A stretch of 64,000 bases of DNA from an uncultured Gammaproteobacteria bacterium (GTDB lineage Bacteria; Pseudomonadota; Gammaproteobacteria; CAWCPV01). The position numbers were made by a program, and so were the translations under genes. This document shows positions 20,683 through 30,719 of this stretch, piece by piece (within the stretch, counting starts at the first letter, position 1; every line of letters begins with the position of its first letter). The notes below the pieces were generated by a model. It searched no databases. It saw only the letters and a list, made by a program, of their open reading frames with translations, and was not told the DNA's origin. The stretch is taken from NCBI GenBank assembly GCA_963797555.1, contig CAWCPV010000007.1, positions 148,085-212,084 on the forward strand. The letters run 5' to 3'.

Positions 20683-22449
20683 TCACGACCTCCGGGACAT
20701 GAGGCCGAGCAGGGTCGCTGCCGCCTCACGGGGGCCGCTTGCCTCGTAACCCGGAAGGCCGAGCCGGGTGCGCATCTGACCGACGAACACGCCGGCGGCG
20801 AACGCTGCCTCGAAGGTGTGCCGTGCGATGGCGTCGTGCGCGAGCGGCCGCTGGGCCGGCCCGAACACATTGGCGAAGTAGGTGCTCACCAGGCCGGTCG
20901 AGCTGGTCGTGCCCCTCGACATCGCGGTGCCCTCACGAAAGACGCGCACCGCGGCATCCACGGAGCCGAAGCGCTCGATGATGGGGTGCTGCTCGTCGAC
21001 CGGCTGGTAGTTGTTGGCGTACAGGAGAAAATCGATGGGATACCCGCGCTGCACCTCCTCGATCGTGGTCACCGGAAGGACGACCCGCGCGTTGACCTTT
21101 TGCGGGCTCATGATGATGGCCCGGTCGATCTGGCCGAAGGCGTAACCCCGCTGCAGGTCATCGAGGCGCACGAAGGCCCCGATCTCCGTCCCATAGCCGA
21201 GCAGTCGGCCGTCCCGTGCCACCTCGACCGATCCCATGTCGTCGGCCACGATACGCAGCTCCCCGACGACATCGTCGCCCAGCAGCCGCAGCGCCTCAAG
21301 CGTCTCCGACTTGCCGGTCGCGGTGTCTCCGAGGAGCAGCATAGTGGCCGCCACCCCGTTGCGCAGCACGACGCGCGCGAGGGCACCGTGGAACGGCATC
21401 AGCCCCTTCTTCATCACCGCCACGTTGTGCAGCGTGAGCGCCATCTTCTTCACATAGCCGAAGTAGCCGAACCGCTCTTCGAGCGGTACGGCGCCCACCA
21501 GCAGGTCGCTGGTCTCGTCGTCGTAAAACACGGTCGGGGCGTGGCCGAACCGCGCAAGGGCCTGCGGCGGTGCGCCATAAAGGTAGATCGCATCAGGGCC
21601 GGCTGCGACTTGCTGATCGCTGGCCATCTCGAACAGGTTGCCGAGCGCGAGCCCGAGCCCGGCGAAGCGCTGGTGGAAGTAGGCGAACACGACCAGGCGC
21701 CCGACCACCGCCGGGTAGCACATCCAGCGCTCCTTTTCGAGCGACATGCCGGCGAGCGGGTTCTCGTAGACCTCGACGAACTGTCCGGAGCGAGTGTTGG
21801 CGGGCGGGTCGAGGATAAGCGGCGGATACATCAGCAGGTGACGCACGAAGGGGATGCCGACGAGCAGGTCGCGGTAGCTTTCGGGCATGCGCCAAGCGCG
21901 CTGCACGGCGATGACGCCCATGTCGGCACCGGCCGGAACCTGCCGGTACACGCGCGGATGACTGGCGGTGATATTCTCGACCACGTCGCGATACAGGTCG
22001 CGCACGAGCTGCGCGAGGGTTTCGACGGTCCGGTTGAACGTGCGGTACGGGCGCCGGTCGTGGCTGTCGGGCCCGCCTTCGGAGTGGTTGACCATGAAAC
22101 GGTCGAAGCTCCGCCAGAAGTCGTACAGGCCCTCGGCGAGCTCGTGAAGAGCGGTGCGTTGACTGAGCAGCTTGGCGCTGTCCGGCGACGTGCCGGCGAT
22201 GCGTTCGAGCGGGTTGTGCGCCAGCACGCGCAGCACGTCCACGAGGCGCGCCCGCCGAGGCGGGTCGGCGGCGTCAATTTCAAGCTCGTCGAGCACGGGA
22301 GCCCTGTGTGCAGCGAGGCGTTCCAGGTACAAAGCGACCACGCGCTCGAAGGCGGCGCTTTCGACGAGCTCCCGCGTCGTCCCGCAAATGGTCCCCTCGG
22401 TATGCAGCACGAGCTGCCCGGGGCCTTCGTCCATCCTGAGAAGCGGCAT
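20683..22449 (-). CDS. Large uncharacterised protein with a C-terminal HPr-kinase-like P-loop domain
   Basis: LLLGDTATGKSETLEALRLLGDDVVGELRIVADD matches the HprK C-domain pattern (G.SG.GKSE.ALEL...LVADD). Start placed at the ATG at 22447-22449 (MPLLRMDEG...); the upstream part of ORF 20683..22860 looks non-coding. Confidence 0.5.
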   Translation of the reverse strand: MPLLRMDEGPGQLVLHTEGTICGTTRELVESAAFERVVALYLERLAAHRAPVLDELEIDAADPPRRARLVDVLRVLAHNPLERIAGTSPDSAKLLSQRTALHELAEGLYDFWRSFDRFMVNHSEGGPDSHDRRPYRTFNRTVETLAQLVRDLYRDVVENITASHPRVYRQVPAGADMGVIAVQRAWRMPESYRDLLVGIPFVRHLLMYPPLILDPPANTRSGQFVEVYENPLAGMSLEKERWMCYPAVVGRLVVFAYFHQRFAGLGLALGNLFEMASDQQVAAGPDAIYLYGAPPQALARFGHAPTVFYDDETSDLLVGAVPLEERFGYFGYVKKMALTLHNVAVMKKGLMPFHGALARVVLRNGVAATMLLLGDTATGKSETLEALRLLGDDVVGELRIVADDMGSVEVARDGRLLGYGTEIGAFVRLDDLQRGYAFGQIDRAIIMSPQKVNARVVLPVTTIEEVQRGYPIDFLLYANNYQPVDEQHPIIERFGSVDAAVRVFREGTAMSRGTTSSTGLVSTYFANVFGPAQRPLAHDAIARHTFEAAFAAGVFVGQMRTRLGLPGYEASGPREAAATLLGLMSRRS

Positions 22450-22886
22450 CGGTTCGGTGGGTCTCCGGTCCAGGCACTGCCGCCGGTTTGGTGCCGGCGT
22501 GATGGTGGACCGCGCACGAGCGGCGCGCATCCTGAGCATCAAGATATCATGGTAGCTTCGTGGAAGGGGCCAGAGGGTGGGCCAGAGGGCCTCACAGGAC
22601 TTGGCACCGGCGCTCGGGCGGGTGCGGCCGACTCCCACATCGGGAAGCGGCTCGCACGCGCCGTTGGCTGCCGCCGTCCGGGTCTCGCGAGATCGGCCGA
22701 GTGCTGGATCGACGAGGCTCCAATCCAAAGGCCCCCGGCGGCCGCTATGGGGATACGCTCGTGGCTGGGTGCTCCGGCCATGCGATGACGGTGAGGTCGG
22801 AGAGCGCGCAGACGGCGGCGGAGGGGGATCTCCGATCGAGGTCGATTCGGTGATTCGCAAAACGACGAACCGGAAGGGTACAGCTC

Positions 22887-23465
22887 ATGAGTGGGCCTTC
22901 AATCGTGTTCAGAACCTATAGACGGACGCCGGTCCGGCATTTCTGGGTGGTCCTGGGAACCGCCGCTATCACCGGGTGCGCTTCGGTATCTTCCGTAGAG
23001 CCGATGGGAGAACGCCCGAAAGAGGTCACGGCGCAGGTGTGGCAAGGGACCTGGATACACCAAGAGCATCCGGTGACCGTCAGGGTGTCGGACCCGCGTG
23101 CGGGATTGCTCGATGTCGCGTGGGTGGAAGAGAAGGAAGGTGCGCTAAAGCTCGAATCCTATCGGATCGCCCTGAGAGAATCCGCTGAATCGACCTTCGC
23201 GAACACCAAAGATCCGGGTCAGCCCGGTCGTTATCTGTGGGCCCTGGTCAAGCGGGAGGACGAACAGATCGTGGTGTGGACCCCGGACGCCGTCCAGTGC
23301 GCGAAGCGGGTTCAAGCGGGTGTGCTGGCCGGGACGGTCGGCAAGGGGGGAGACGTAACCTTGGGAAAGCTCTCTTCGAAGCAGATCAAACAACTGGCCT
23401 CTCCCGGTCAGGGCAGTTGCTTGAGGTGGACCGAGCCGCTGGTGTTCTTCCGCGTCGGAAAGTAG
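22887..23465 (+). CDS. Putative lipoprotein (192 aa)
   Basis: Signal peptide with lipobox (AAITGC|AS); no other recognisable domain. Confidence 0.5.
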   Translation: MSGPSIVFRTYRRTPVRHFWVVLGTAAITGCASVSSVEPMGERPKEVTAQVWQGTWIHQEHPVTVRVSDPRAGLLDVAWVEEKEGALKLESYRIALRESAESTFANTKDPGQPGRYLWALVKREDEQIVVWTPDAVQCAKRVQAGVLAGTVGKGGDVTLGKLSSKQIKQLASPGQGSCLRWTEPLVFFRVGK

Positions 23466-23889
23466 CGGCCGGAGCCAGACCCCACTGATTGGGACCTAGC
23501 CACCCGCTCTCGGGCGTCGAAGATCCCCTGTGCAGCGAAGGACAGGTCTCCAGGTGCTCCTCGGGGTTCTGGCGGAACGTACGGGCCGACTGCGGGCAAT
23601 CGGGGCGAAACCCCGTCGACTGTTGCTCCCGCGACGCTGAATCTCTCTGCATCCGCCGAGGTGCTGCACCCATCGTCCGCCGCGCCTGCCCGAAACCGGT
23701 GACGAAACCGGGCCGGAAACCGTGACTGGGCAGGGCCAATGCCGGTCACTGCCCAGCGCACGCGGGATTAACACTCTCGGCCTGTCCGGGCAGTGTGCCG
23801 GGGTGTGCAGGATCGACGACGCTCATCCGGACGTGGGCTGGGCCGCCGTGTAATACTGGTGCGGGTCAATTTATCAACGCTAACCGAGC

Positions 23890-25704
23890 ATGCCGAAAGT
23901 CCGTAAAGGCTCCCGCTCCCCCTCCCTGGTGCCGAAAAAGCTCACCCGGGAGCGGGACCAGGTGCTCGAGTTCGTGCGTCGGGGTCAACAGCTCGCGAAC
24001 GTTCTCGATGACCCCGGCCTCAGCGGGGAGATCGACCAGCTTTCCGCCAGTGCCCTGAAGCCTTTTTTGTTCGTCGTCGTGGGCGAGGTCAAGTCCGGCA
24101 AGAGCAGCCTCATCAACGCTCTGCTGGAGGCCCCGGTGTGCGCCGTGGACAGTGCCCCCTGCACGACGCGTGTGCAGGAGATCAGCTACGCGGAGGAGGA
24201 GAGCCGCACCGAGGTCTCCGAGTTCGAGGAGCACCTGCACCTGCCCCATGCCATCCTGCGGCACATCGCCATCGTCGACACTCCCGGCACCAACTCCATC
24301 ATTCGTGAGCACCAGCGCATCACCGAGAACTACATCCCCCAGAGCGACCTGGTGCTGTTCGTGTTCTTCGCGAAGAACCCTTACACCGGGAGCGCCTGGG
24401 ACTTCCTGCGCTACATCAAACACGACTGGCAGCGCAACACCCTGTTCGTACTCCAGCAGGCGGACCTGCTGGATGCCGGGGAATTGGAGCGCACGCTATC
24501 GCTGGTCAAGCAGCAGCTCGCCGAAGAGAGCATTGCCGAGCCCGTCGTCTTCCCGGTCTCCGTGCTCACCGCTGAAGGCTTGGACGTGCTGCGCGAGTAC
24601 CTGCGCATCGAGGTGGTTCAGGGGCGGCAATTCAATAAGAGCATCTCGCTGACACACAACGTCCTGCGTTTCTTGCGCCGCCTGGAAGCCGCCTTGCGCG
24701 ATCACGAATGCCTCCTGCAGAACGATGAGACGTTGCTGGGCGAGCTGCGCCAACTGGCCGTCGGGTTGGGGCCGGAAGCGGACCAGGAATACGCGGCCCT
24801 GACGGCGAGGGCGCGGCACTACGCGGACGAGGCGCGACAGTGGCTGTTCGGGCAGGCCGTCGCGGCCGGCAGCTCGGGTGCTGATGTTGCCCGGGCCGGC
24901 TGGAGCTGGCGGGACTGGCGCTCGCTCCGGGAGCGCATGCGGCGCCTCGGGGCGGCTCTCGCGGAGCGCGCCGCGGTCGGGGAGGCTCTGTCCAGCGGCT
25001 GGGACAGGTCGCTGCGTACCGCCGAGCGCTTCAACCGGCTGCAGCTCGACCTGAACCGCTGTCTGTTTCGGGCACAGTTGCGGCGTATCGACCTCTACCG
25101 ACAACTGAAACGGCAGGTGGAGCAGCAGCTCGCTGCCATCGCCGCCGATCCCCCGTGCCTTGCGAAACCGCTCGACGATGCGCTCGCGCGCGGGCGTCAG
25201 CGAACCCTCACCCGGGCCCGCGACGCGGTCCAGAGCCTCGGCGAGCTCGGCCTGGAGGGCTCCATCTCGCGGCTTCCCGCGCTGAGCGCGCTGAGGCCCT
25301 GGTCGTCTGTCTACGGAGTCGCTCAGGTTGGTGCCGGGGCGGCTTGCCTGGTCGTCGGCTACCGCCTGGACGATCTGCTGGCGGGCTTGCTGCTCGGCGT
25401 GGTGGGCTATCTGGGAGCCGGGTACGCTCTGGCCCGTCGGAGCCGGGCGCGTATCGGCGGACAGGCCGCGGCTGCGCTGGAGAAGAGCATCGAGGACGTC
25501 GACCGGCGGCTGCGCGAGACCCTCCTGACCCAGCCCCCCGAGCTGCAGGGCGCCATGCAGGATACCGTGGGCCGGTTCGAGCGCGACCTCGAGGAGCGGC
25601 GGGCTCGAACCGAAGAGCTGCTTCCCTCGGTCAACGCCTTGCGCGAGGACATCAAGCGCTTTCAATCGGAGGTGTGGGCCGATGCGGTGGAGGGTGACCA
25701 GTGA
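23890..25704 (+). CDS. Bacterial dynamin-like GTPase (BDLP), paralogue 1
   Basis: Dynamin-type G domain: G1 VVVGEVKSGKSSLINALL, G3 DTPGTN and a QQADLL block, followed by long helical stalk-like regions. Confidence 0.75.
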   Translation: MPKVRKGSRSPSLVPKKLTRERDQVLEFVRRGQQLANVLDDPGLSGEIDQLSASALKPFLFVVVGEVKSGKSSLINALLEAPVCAVDSAPCTTRVQEISYAEEESRTEVSEFEEHLHLPHAILRHIAIVDTPGTNSIIREHQRITENYIPQSDLVLFVFFAKNPYTGSAWDFLRYIKHDWQRNTLFVLQQADLLDAGELERTLSLVKQQLAEESIAEPVVFPVSVLTAEGLDVLREYLRIEVVQGRQFNKSISLTHNVLRFLRRLEAALRDHECLLQNDETLLGELRQLAVGLGPEADQEYAALTARARHYADEARQWLFGQAVAAGSSGADVARAGWSWRDWRSLRERMRRLGAALAERAAVGEALSSGWDRSLRTAERFNRLQLDLNRCLFRAQLRRIDLYRQLKRQVEQQLAAIAADPPCLAKPLDDALARGRQRTLTRARDAVQSLGELGLEGSISRLPALSALRPWSSVYGVAQVGAGAACLVVGYRLDDLLAGLLLGVVGYLGAGYALARRSRARIGGQAAAALEKSIEDVDRRLRETLLTQPPELQGAMQDTVGRFERDLEERRARTEELLPSVNALREDIKRFQSEVWADAVEGDQ

Positions 25705-25764
25705 GACACCAGTGGTCAGGGCCAGGGATGCGGTGCTCAGGTATCGAACAACCTCAGTCCCGTC

Positions 25765-25784
25765 ATTCCGGTGAATGCCGGAAT
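25765..25784. repeat. Perfect 7-bp inverted repeat hairpin (ATTCCGG-TGAATG-CCGGAAT), REP/RS3-like or terminator-like
   Basis: Lies in the 390-bp spacer between the two BDLP genes; the flanks are AT-richer than the surroundings. Confidence 0.35.
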
Positions 25785-26095
25785 CCAACCCTGCAACGTG
25801 CGCGTCCTGAATCTCGGGATATCGGCTTGCACGGGCATGACGTTTGGTACTGAACATGGCTGTCGTCCCAGGACGGCAAGGTGTGGACCGATGCGGTTCA
25901 CGACCACCCGTGAGCCCCCGCGCCGGTTTGGCGGTCCTGATGACCTGCCGGACGTCTTCCGTCTCGCCATGAGCCGTCCGGCCAGGCGTTTGGCCGCAGG
26001 TTCACGCTTACCGGCCACTCCGACAGCGGCCCGTGCTACCTTTGACTCCGGCCGGCGCAGCAGCGCGCCCTTCGAGTCCGCAGCGTACACCGACG

Positions 26096-27856
26096 ATGCT
26101 ACGTATTGCTAAATCCCTGTTCGACAGGAGCCTGGTCCCGAGCGCCCTGACCCAGCAGCGGGATCAGTTGCTGGGCTTCATACGGCAGGGCCAGCAGCTC
26201 GCCACCGTGCTGGGTGAGTCTGCGCTCAGCGCCGAGATCGACCAGCTTTCCGCCAGTGCCGTGAAGCCTTTTTTGTTCGTCGTCGTGGGCGAGGTCAAGT
26301 CCGGCAAGAGCAGCCTCATCAACGCTCTGCTGGAGGCCCCGGTGTGCGCCGTGGACAGTGCCCCCTGCACGACCCGGGTGCAGGAGATCAGCTACGGGGA
26401 GGAGGAGAGCCGCACCGAGGTCTCCGAGTTCGAAGAGCACTTGCACCTGCCCCATGCCATTCTGCGGCACATCGCCATCGTCGACACTCCCGGCACCAAC
26501 TCCATCATTCGTGAGCACCAGCGCATCACCGAGAACTACATCCCCCAGAGCGACCTGGTGCTGTTCGTATTCTTCGCGAAGAACCCCTACACCGGGAGCG
26601 CCTGGGACTTCCTGCGCTACATCAAGCACGACTGGCAGCGCAACACCCTGTTCGTGCTCCAGCAGGCGGACCTGCTGCCTTCCGACGAGCGCAAGCGCAC
26701 CGAGGAGCACATCCGCGAACAGCTCATCCAAGACGGCATCGAGAACCCCGTCGTGTTCGCGGTGTCGGTCAAGACCGGCAACGGGATGGGGGCGCTGCGC
26801 GACTATTTGCGCGCCGAAGTGATAGAGGGGCGCCAGTTCACCAAGGTCCAGTCCCTGGCGAATAACCTCATGCACTTCGTCGGCGGTCTGGACAAGCTGC
26901 TCCACGTACACGAACGGCTCAACCAGCACGACGAGATCCTGCTCGGAAAGCTCCATGGTCTCACCCTGAACCTGCAGGCCGAGGCCGAAGTAGACAGGCA
27001 GGTCGCCGCCATGATGGACGCCTGCCGGCGCCGCACCGAAGAAGCCGAGCGGCGCCTGCGCAAGCGCTTCCAGGGCCGCCATTCGTTCCTGGACAAGCTC
27101 GACACCCTCAAGAACGCGCTCGGCAGCGGGCACGAGGTACGGCAGTGGCTGGCCGATTTCTTCGCCCAGGTGCAGGCCGAGATCAGCCACGCCCTCTATC
27201 AGGACCAGTTGCGCTACTTCTCGGAGCTGCACCGCCGCTCCCAGGAGTTGGGTCAGCAGATGCTGGAAGTCCTGGCCAACCGTCCCGGCTACCTCAAGAA
27301 ATCCGCCTCGGATGCGCTGGCGCGCCGGCGCGACCAGACCCTGAGCGAGGTCCGCCAGCGCCTGGCCGCCCTCGACGACATCCGCCTCGAGGAGACCGTG
27401 CAGCCGCAGGCCTCGCTCGGGCGCCTGAACCGCCTGATCCTGGCCTACCGCCTGGCTCAGGGCGGGGCCGCGCTGGGGGTGCTGGTCCTCTCGGTGCATT
27501 TCGGCGACCTGTTCAGCGGCCTCATCCTCGCCGGTGTGAGCTACCTGGGCGTCGGGTATGCGCTGTTCGCGCGCAACCGCGAACGCCTGGAGACTCGATG
27601 CAGCCTGGCGTTGCAGGCGAGCCTAGCCGACCTGGAGCAGCGCCTGCGTACCGACATAGGGGAGCACCTGAACAGCCTGAAGGCGGTGGGCGACGGCGCC
27701 CTGACCCTGTTCGAGCGCGACCTCGGCGACCGGCGCAAGCAGACCGAGACCCTGGTCCGCTCGGCCCGCGAGTTACGCGACGGCATCCAGCGCTTCCAGG
27801 CGGCAGCGGCCGCGGCAAGGGCGGGCGGCGGGGCACAGACGGAGGGGGGGGTATGA
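26096..27856 (+). CDS. Bacterial dynamin-like GTPase (BDLP), paralogue 2
   Basis: Start at the ATG at 26096 (MLRIAKSLF...). The G domain is nearly identical to paralogue 1 over ~440 bp (26237-26677 vs 24031-24472); the rest of the protein is diverged (~50% identity). Confidence 0.75.
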   Translation: MLRIAKSLFDRSLVPSALTQQRDQLLGFIRQGQQLATVLGESALSAEIDQLSASAVKPFLFVVVGEVKSGKSSLINALLEAPVCAVDSAPCTTRVQEISYGEEESRTEVSEFEEHLHLPHAILRHIAIVDTPGTNSIIREHQRITENYIPQSDLVLFVFFAKNPYTGSAWDFLRYIKHDWQRNTLFVLQQADLLPSDERKRTEEHIREQLIQDGIENPVVFAVSVKTGNGMGALRDYLRAEVIEGRQFTKVQSLANNLMHFVGGLDKLLHVHERLNQHDEILLGKLHGLTLNLQAEAEVDRQVAAMMDACRRRTEEAERRLRKRFQGRHSFLDKLDTLKNALGSGHEVRQWLADFFAQVQAEISHALYQDQLRYFSELHRRSQELGQQMLEVLANRPGYLKKSASDALARRRDQTLSEVRQRLAALDDIRLEETVQPQASLGRLNRLILAYRLAQGGAALGVLVLSVHFGDLFSGLILAGVSYLGVGYALFARNRERLETRCSLALQASLADLEQRLRTDIGEHLNSLKAVGDGALTLFERDLGDRRKQTETLVRSARELRDGIQRFQAAAAAARAGGGAQTEGGV

Positions 27857-28148
27857 ACCTGTCTGTGACCATATTGTTTTATTCCGCGACGGCAGCCAGG
27901 AGAGCGGCGGCCGGCTGCAGACAGGGGGCCAATGAACTCGTCAAGGGGCTCCTATCCCCCTGAGCAGACTGCCCTCCCAGTTTCTGAAGGGCGGCCGATC
28001 AGGGACTCCTATGCCTGGCACGGTTCGTTGTGCGGTCGGTGTGTGCCGCTCGGCCGCCTGCTCCAACCCCATGGCTCGCACGGCGTCTCATACGTTATCC
28101 GGAGTTGTGCTACGCTTGATGTCGATGTAGCACCTTGGGGGCAGCACC

Positions 28149-28376
28149 GTGCGGGAACTGACCATACGCGAGATGCGCGAGAATCTAGGTCGGCTGGGCG
28201 AGCTGGTGGAAGGGGAGGGCGAGGTTGTCATCACGCGCCGGGGAATACCCATCGCCCGCCTGCTGCCAGTGAAGAACGTGCGTCGGCGGCCATCTCATGC
28301 CGAACTGCGCGCGTCGATGCCCTTCCTGAAGACGCCGAACGAGAAGCTGGTCAGAGCCGACAGGAACGAGCGGTAG
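28149..28376 (+). CDS. Phd/YefM-family type II antitoxin
   Basis: 75 aa; MRELTIREMRENLGRLGELVEGEGEVVITRRGIPIARLLPV resembles the Phd/YefM N-terminal fold. The stop is 13 bp before the PIN ORF. Confidence 0.65.
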   Translation: MRELTIREMRENLGRLGELVEGEGEVVITRRGIPIARLLPVKNVRRRPSHAELRASMPFLKTPNEKLVRADRNER

Positions 28377-28388
28377 AGCACGGTCTAT

Positions 28389-28637
28389 GTGGATACGTCC
28401 GCATTGGCGAAGTGGTACGTCAATGAAGCCAGATCGGAGGACTTCGCGGCCTGGGTGCAGCAGGAAGCTGAGCTGCACATCAGTACATTGACCGCGGTCG
28501 AAATGCGGTGCCTCCTTGCCCGGCGTCGCCGCAACCGCGAGCTGACCCAAACGCAGCACACGCGTTGCACCTGGAAGTGGTGCGGTTCGACTGAGCGTTC
28601 ACGGCGTCGGCGAGGACCGCTCCGGGGCCGCGAATAA
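28389..28637 (+). pseudogene. vapC: VapC-like PIN-domain toxin, truncated or frameshifted after ~60 residues
   Basis: GTG start. (V)DTSALAKWYVNEARSEDFAAWVQQEAELHISTLTAVEMRCLLARR matches the PIN N-terminal half (D-T-S/N acidic residue, LT..E). The C-terminal half with the remaining catalytic acidic residues is missing. Confidence 0.5.
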
Positions 28638-28715
28638 AGCACGGCAGGGCTCTTTAACTCAGACCTGCGGCACCAGCAGTGAGGACCTCACCCGCACCGT
28701 CAATGCCCACCGATC

Positions 28716-29114
28716 GTGAGTCCGCAATACCCTGACGGCGTGTGTTGTCCCGAGTGTTTTGGTCACCCAACACCACGCGCCATCGTGGAGGACGAGTCCA
28801 AGGAAGTCGGAACCTGCGATTTTTGCGGGTCGACTGCCGTCCCGATCCTACATGTGTCTGCTTTATCGGACGCCTTCCGCAATGCAACGAGTATTTACTC
28901 CGCTGCTGAGCGTGGTGCGTCAATTCCTCCTTGGACTGAGCCCTATGACGAAGGGGACCCCCTCCACGTCCTACTGCAAGACGACTGGCAAGTCGTCAGC
29001 GAGAAACTCACCGGCTCCGATAACGTTTCAGCCCTGCTCCAAGCCATTCTCGAAGCTGGATGGGACGATGATAGCGGAGAGCCTTTTCCGGATGCCAATG
29101 CCCTGGACCCGTGA
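28716..29114 (+). CDS. Hypothetical protein with an N-terminal CxxC...CxxC zinc-ribbon-like motif
   Basis: 132-aa ORF (CCPECFG...CDFCGS). No family assignment; it lies ~190 bp upstream of the IS1380-like element that precedes the RES gene. Confidence 0.4.
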   Translation: MSPQYPDGVCCPECFGHPTPRAIVEDESKEVGTCDFCGSTAVPILHVSALSDAFRNATSIYSAAERGASIPPWTEPYDEGDPLHVLLQDDWQVVSEKLTGSDNVSALLQAILEAGWDDDSGEPFPDANALDP

Positions 29115-29337
29115 CTTGAATCTCCGAGCGCCCGGGGCGCGAGAGAATGGGAGCTATTCTCAGTTGAGTTGGTTAGTTTTTAGCCAACCGGTGACGCCGG
29201 CTATGTACAGCGGGCGTAGACCCTCGTCGGCGCAGGAGTGACGGCGGGGCTTTGAGGCTTGGACGCTGAATTTCGGGCGTAGGTTTACACCGGGGTCTGG
29301 TGAGGCCCGGGTCGAGTTTCTATGGAGGTCGTCCTAG

Positions 29338-30652
29338 CTACCCGAAGGCGAGTTGGTAATACAGCTGCTCGAAGGCGCGGAAGCCGGGACAGAGCCGGCT
29401 GAAGCGCAGCTTCAGTCTGCGGGCGGTGGCGACCAACCGGGCGGCGAGGTACATCAGTTCCTGGAGGACGGTCTTGATCCGCCGGCGCTTGGCCGGATGG
29501 CGCAGGGGAGCCGACTCGCCGGTCAGCCCGATGAGCCCGATGAAGCGCAGGATGTTGTAGGCGAACACGGCAAAGGCGAGCACCAGGTCATTGGTGTCGA
29601 ATTTCCCGGAGGGCAGCCGTTCGATATCGAGGTCGGTCTTGAACTCGCTGTGGAACTGCTCGGAGGTCCCGGTACAGGGCGACGATCTCCGCGTCCGGAT
29701 AGGCGAGCGAGGTCCACCAGCCATCGAGCTCCAGCTCCGGTACCAACAGCGCCTGGCCCTTCTTGTCGATGGTGCGCTCGGTCACCCGCATCACCCGGCG
29801 AACGTGGTAGGTGTGCTCCCGATGGGGGTGCTCCTCGACGACGCTGAACAGCGCCACGCGCTTGCCGGGTCGGGGTGTCTCCCATGCCCCTTGGCGCTCG
29901 GCGCGCTCCAGCCAATGGGCAGGGTCCTCGCCCCGAGGGTTCCACTGGATAATGAAGTCCACCTCCTCTTCGAGGTAGCGCAGCCGGTTCTCCAAGGCGT
30001 CGTGGGCGCTGTCCTGGCGCACCAGCAGCGGCAGTTTGGTCAGGCGCCTGGCCCGCGGCAGGATGCGCTCCCAGACCTAGCCGAATTCCTTCTGACTGTG
30101 CTGCTTGCCTTCTCGCAGCTCACAGCCGACGCACCACCCTTCGGTTCCCACGTAGGTCGCGATCGGCGCATAACCGTCATAGCCGTGGTAGGTGCGCGAG
30201 ACTCCTTCTTGCTTGGTCCCGGAGTTGTCCATGGGAAAGACATCGATGTCCACCGGCACATGACCGGTCTTGAGCGCACTGACCGGTGCCTTGGCGTTGA
30301 CCATGAACTCGATATCGGCCTCGTCAATGACCTCCCGCAGGACCGCTGCGTGCTCGTCGAGACGCTGCCTCAGCGTTTCTGGCGAGGGTACCCGCTCCAG
30401 CCCCAACGCCTGGCGGAAGAAATCGTCCTCTCGGACGTTGGAGACCGCTTCGAAGTCGCTCTTGCCCAAACACATCAACCCCAGATAGCTCTTGGCTACG
30501 TCTTCATGGGAGATGCCGTGGCGTAGCGGGATCGCCTCCTTCAGCGCCTTGCCCAACCCGCTAAAGCGGTTGACGCAAAGACCGACCAAGGCCAGACCAG
30601 AATGGGAGGTGTAAAATTCCTCATCGGACTGCTCCAAGATGAACCGCTTCAT
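29338..30652 (-). mobile_element. IS1380-family-like transposase gene split into three ORFs (pseudogene or indel errors); element ends not resolved
   Basis: Consecutive minus-strand ORFs 30077..30652 (N-terminal part), 29588..30022 (middle) and 29338..29724 (C-terminal part, ...HSEFKTDLDIERLPSGKFDTNDLVLAFAVFAYNILRFIG...) together give a ~438-aa DDE transposase of the IS1380 type. Confidence 0.55.
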
Positions 30653-30719
30653 CGTTCACCTGCCGGGTGAGCTGGAGTGCGGCCCGATTTTAGCTGAACT
30701 GCAATGATAAATCAGCAGG

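Noticed and set aside
19948-22788. 946-aa plus-strand ORF
   Set aside because: It is antisense to the CHASE2-cyclase and HprK-like genes. The composition is Arg/Gly/Ala/Pro-biased with no motifs, typical of a stop-poor antisense frame in high-GC DNA.
29261-30699. Candidate terminal inverted repeats for the IS1380-like element (GGACGCTGAATTTCGGG / CCCGATTTTAGCTGAAC)
   Set aside because: Only about 9 of 17 positions match in inverted orientation, too weak to call. The element boundaries and TSD are left unassigned.
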